A stretch of DNA of 59,440 nucleotides, the filler included. It is 4 parts of 4 records of this genome, joined end to end, with 100 filler letters (N's around TTAATTAATTAA, not from the genome) between each part and the next. Parts side by side here need not be neighbours in the genome. Positions count along the whole stretch, not along the records: positions 52,566 to 59,440 come from SRR20825019_1001; 3 more parts are not named here. One strand, written 5' to 3'. A model generated the notes under the pieces. The model worked only from the letters and a program-made list of their open reading frames with translations, had not been told where the DNA came from and ran no database searches. Below are positions 58,712 through 59,440 of the stretch, piece by piece. Position 1 is the stretch's first letter. Each line of letters starts with the position of its first letter. Both the position numbers and the translations under genes were made by a program.

Positions 58712-58811
58712 ACTGCTCGCCTTTTCTGCCTGCGCTCACGGCTTCACCTGCCAAAAGCGTGATGGAAACCTGCGTCTTTAAAAAGACATTTTCTTCATCG
58801 ATCCTACTGGT

Positions 58812-58915
58812 CAGCGCCTTTGAGGGTTCGGCTTTTCCGGGCCCAATGGCGTCAAAGCCCCTAGTAAGGTTACTTCGCCCCGCTTCTCACCCCCATAGAA
58901 GACGGGGCTTTTTTT
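58812..58915 (+). ncRNA. Candidate small RNA between folP and the ferredoxin gene
   Basis: Two hairpins on the + strand; the second is a terminator with a C-rich loop and T7. Both flanking genes are on the minus strand. Confidence 0.45.
58877..58915 (+). terminator. Plus-strand intrinsic terminator
   Basis: GCCCCGCTTCT-CACCCCCAT-AGAAG(A)CGGGGC-TTTTTTT. Confidence 0.7.
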
Positions 58916-58940
58916 GTACCAGACCAATCCAGCTGGTGGC

Positions 58941-59261
58941 TCAGCCCTGCATCTCGGGAACGCGAACAACCAGACCATCCAGTTCCGACGACATATTGAT
59001 CTGACAGGAGAGCCGTGAATTGGCACGTACATCGACTGCAAAGTCGAGCATATCTTCTTCCATCGGCTCAGGTTCGCCGACCTTCTCGGTCCAGGCTGCA
59101 TCCACATAGACGTGGCATGTCGCGCAGGCACATGCGCCGCCACATTCTGCCTCGATACCCGGCACGCCGTTGCGTACAGCGTTCTCCATGACGCTTGAGC
59201 CGTCCTGTACTTCAAGCTCATAGGCTGTTTCGTCGTTGCCGATGATTGTGAGTTTCAACAT
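58941..59261 (-). CDS. 2Fe-2S ferredoxin (adrenodoxin/putidaredoxin type)
   Basis: [15 protein letters not shown] and SRLSCQI. Confidence 0.95.
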   Translation of the reverse strand: MLKLTIIGNDETAYELEVQDGSSVMENAVRNGVPGIEAECGGACACATCHVYVDAAWTEKVGEPEPMEEDMLDFAVDVRANSRLSCQINMSSELDGLVVRVPEMQG

Positions 59262-59440
59262 GTCGTGAACCTGTTATTCTGGGAGGTGAGCAAATTCTCC
59301 GGCAGTTCTTCAACCAAATCGCGGGTGTAGTCAATATTGTCTCCCGGCAAGGCCTGGTCGCATCAGGCTGAATACACGCCGCGGATGATCCACTCTCAGT
59401 GCCGCCATACAAAAGGCGCATTATGGTTAATATTTGCTAA

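Overview
This window is not one genome. It is four contigs joined by artificial 100-nt spacers (N44-TTAATTAATTAA-N44, stops in all six frames) at 18555-18654, 24867-24966 and 52466-52565. Contig A (1-18554) is a Rhizobiales-like alphaproteobacterium: a LacI-regulated sugar ABC transporter, a fatty-acid uptake/beta-oxidation cluster with a MerR/LiuR regulator and two LiuR-like boxes, and the 3' end of sarcosine oxidase soxA plus soxG. Contig B (18655-24866) is an AT-rich Flavobacteriaceae-like fragment: GlmU-like protein, hypothetical protein, type-B L31, DUF4199, GT2 and phosphomutase. Contig C (24967-52465) is a gene-dense eukaryotic (protist) contig with 48-77-nt GT-AG introns. It holds a tRNA-Pro fragment, a 1719-aa protein with p25alpha/EF-hand-like domains, a full-length major vault protein, PC4/Sub1, a two-RRM protein with an 8-nt micro-exon, and a spliced ~4826-aa extracellular protein (7-blade propeller, LamG, EGF, 39 IPT/TIG repeats, EGF, L-type lectin) that the ORF track splits into three. 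Contig D (52566-59440) is again Rhizobiales-like: sixA, ycjX, ycjF, folKBP, ferredoxin and a candidate sRNA. The most notable items are the giant lectin-capped IPT/TIG rod, the protist vault gene, the micro-exon, the GC islands in every divergent intergenic region of contig C, the LiuR-linked FadL/DUF2147/SCP2 lipid module and the orphan sRNA candidate. All family calls come from motif recognition; no database search was run.
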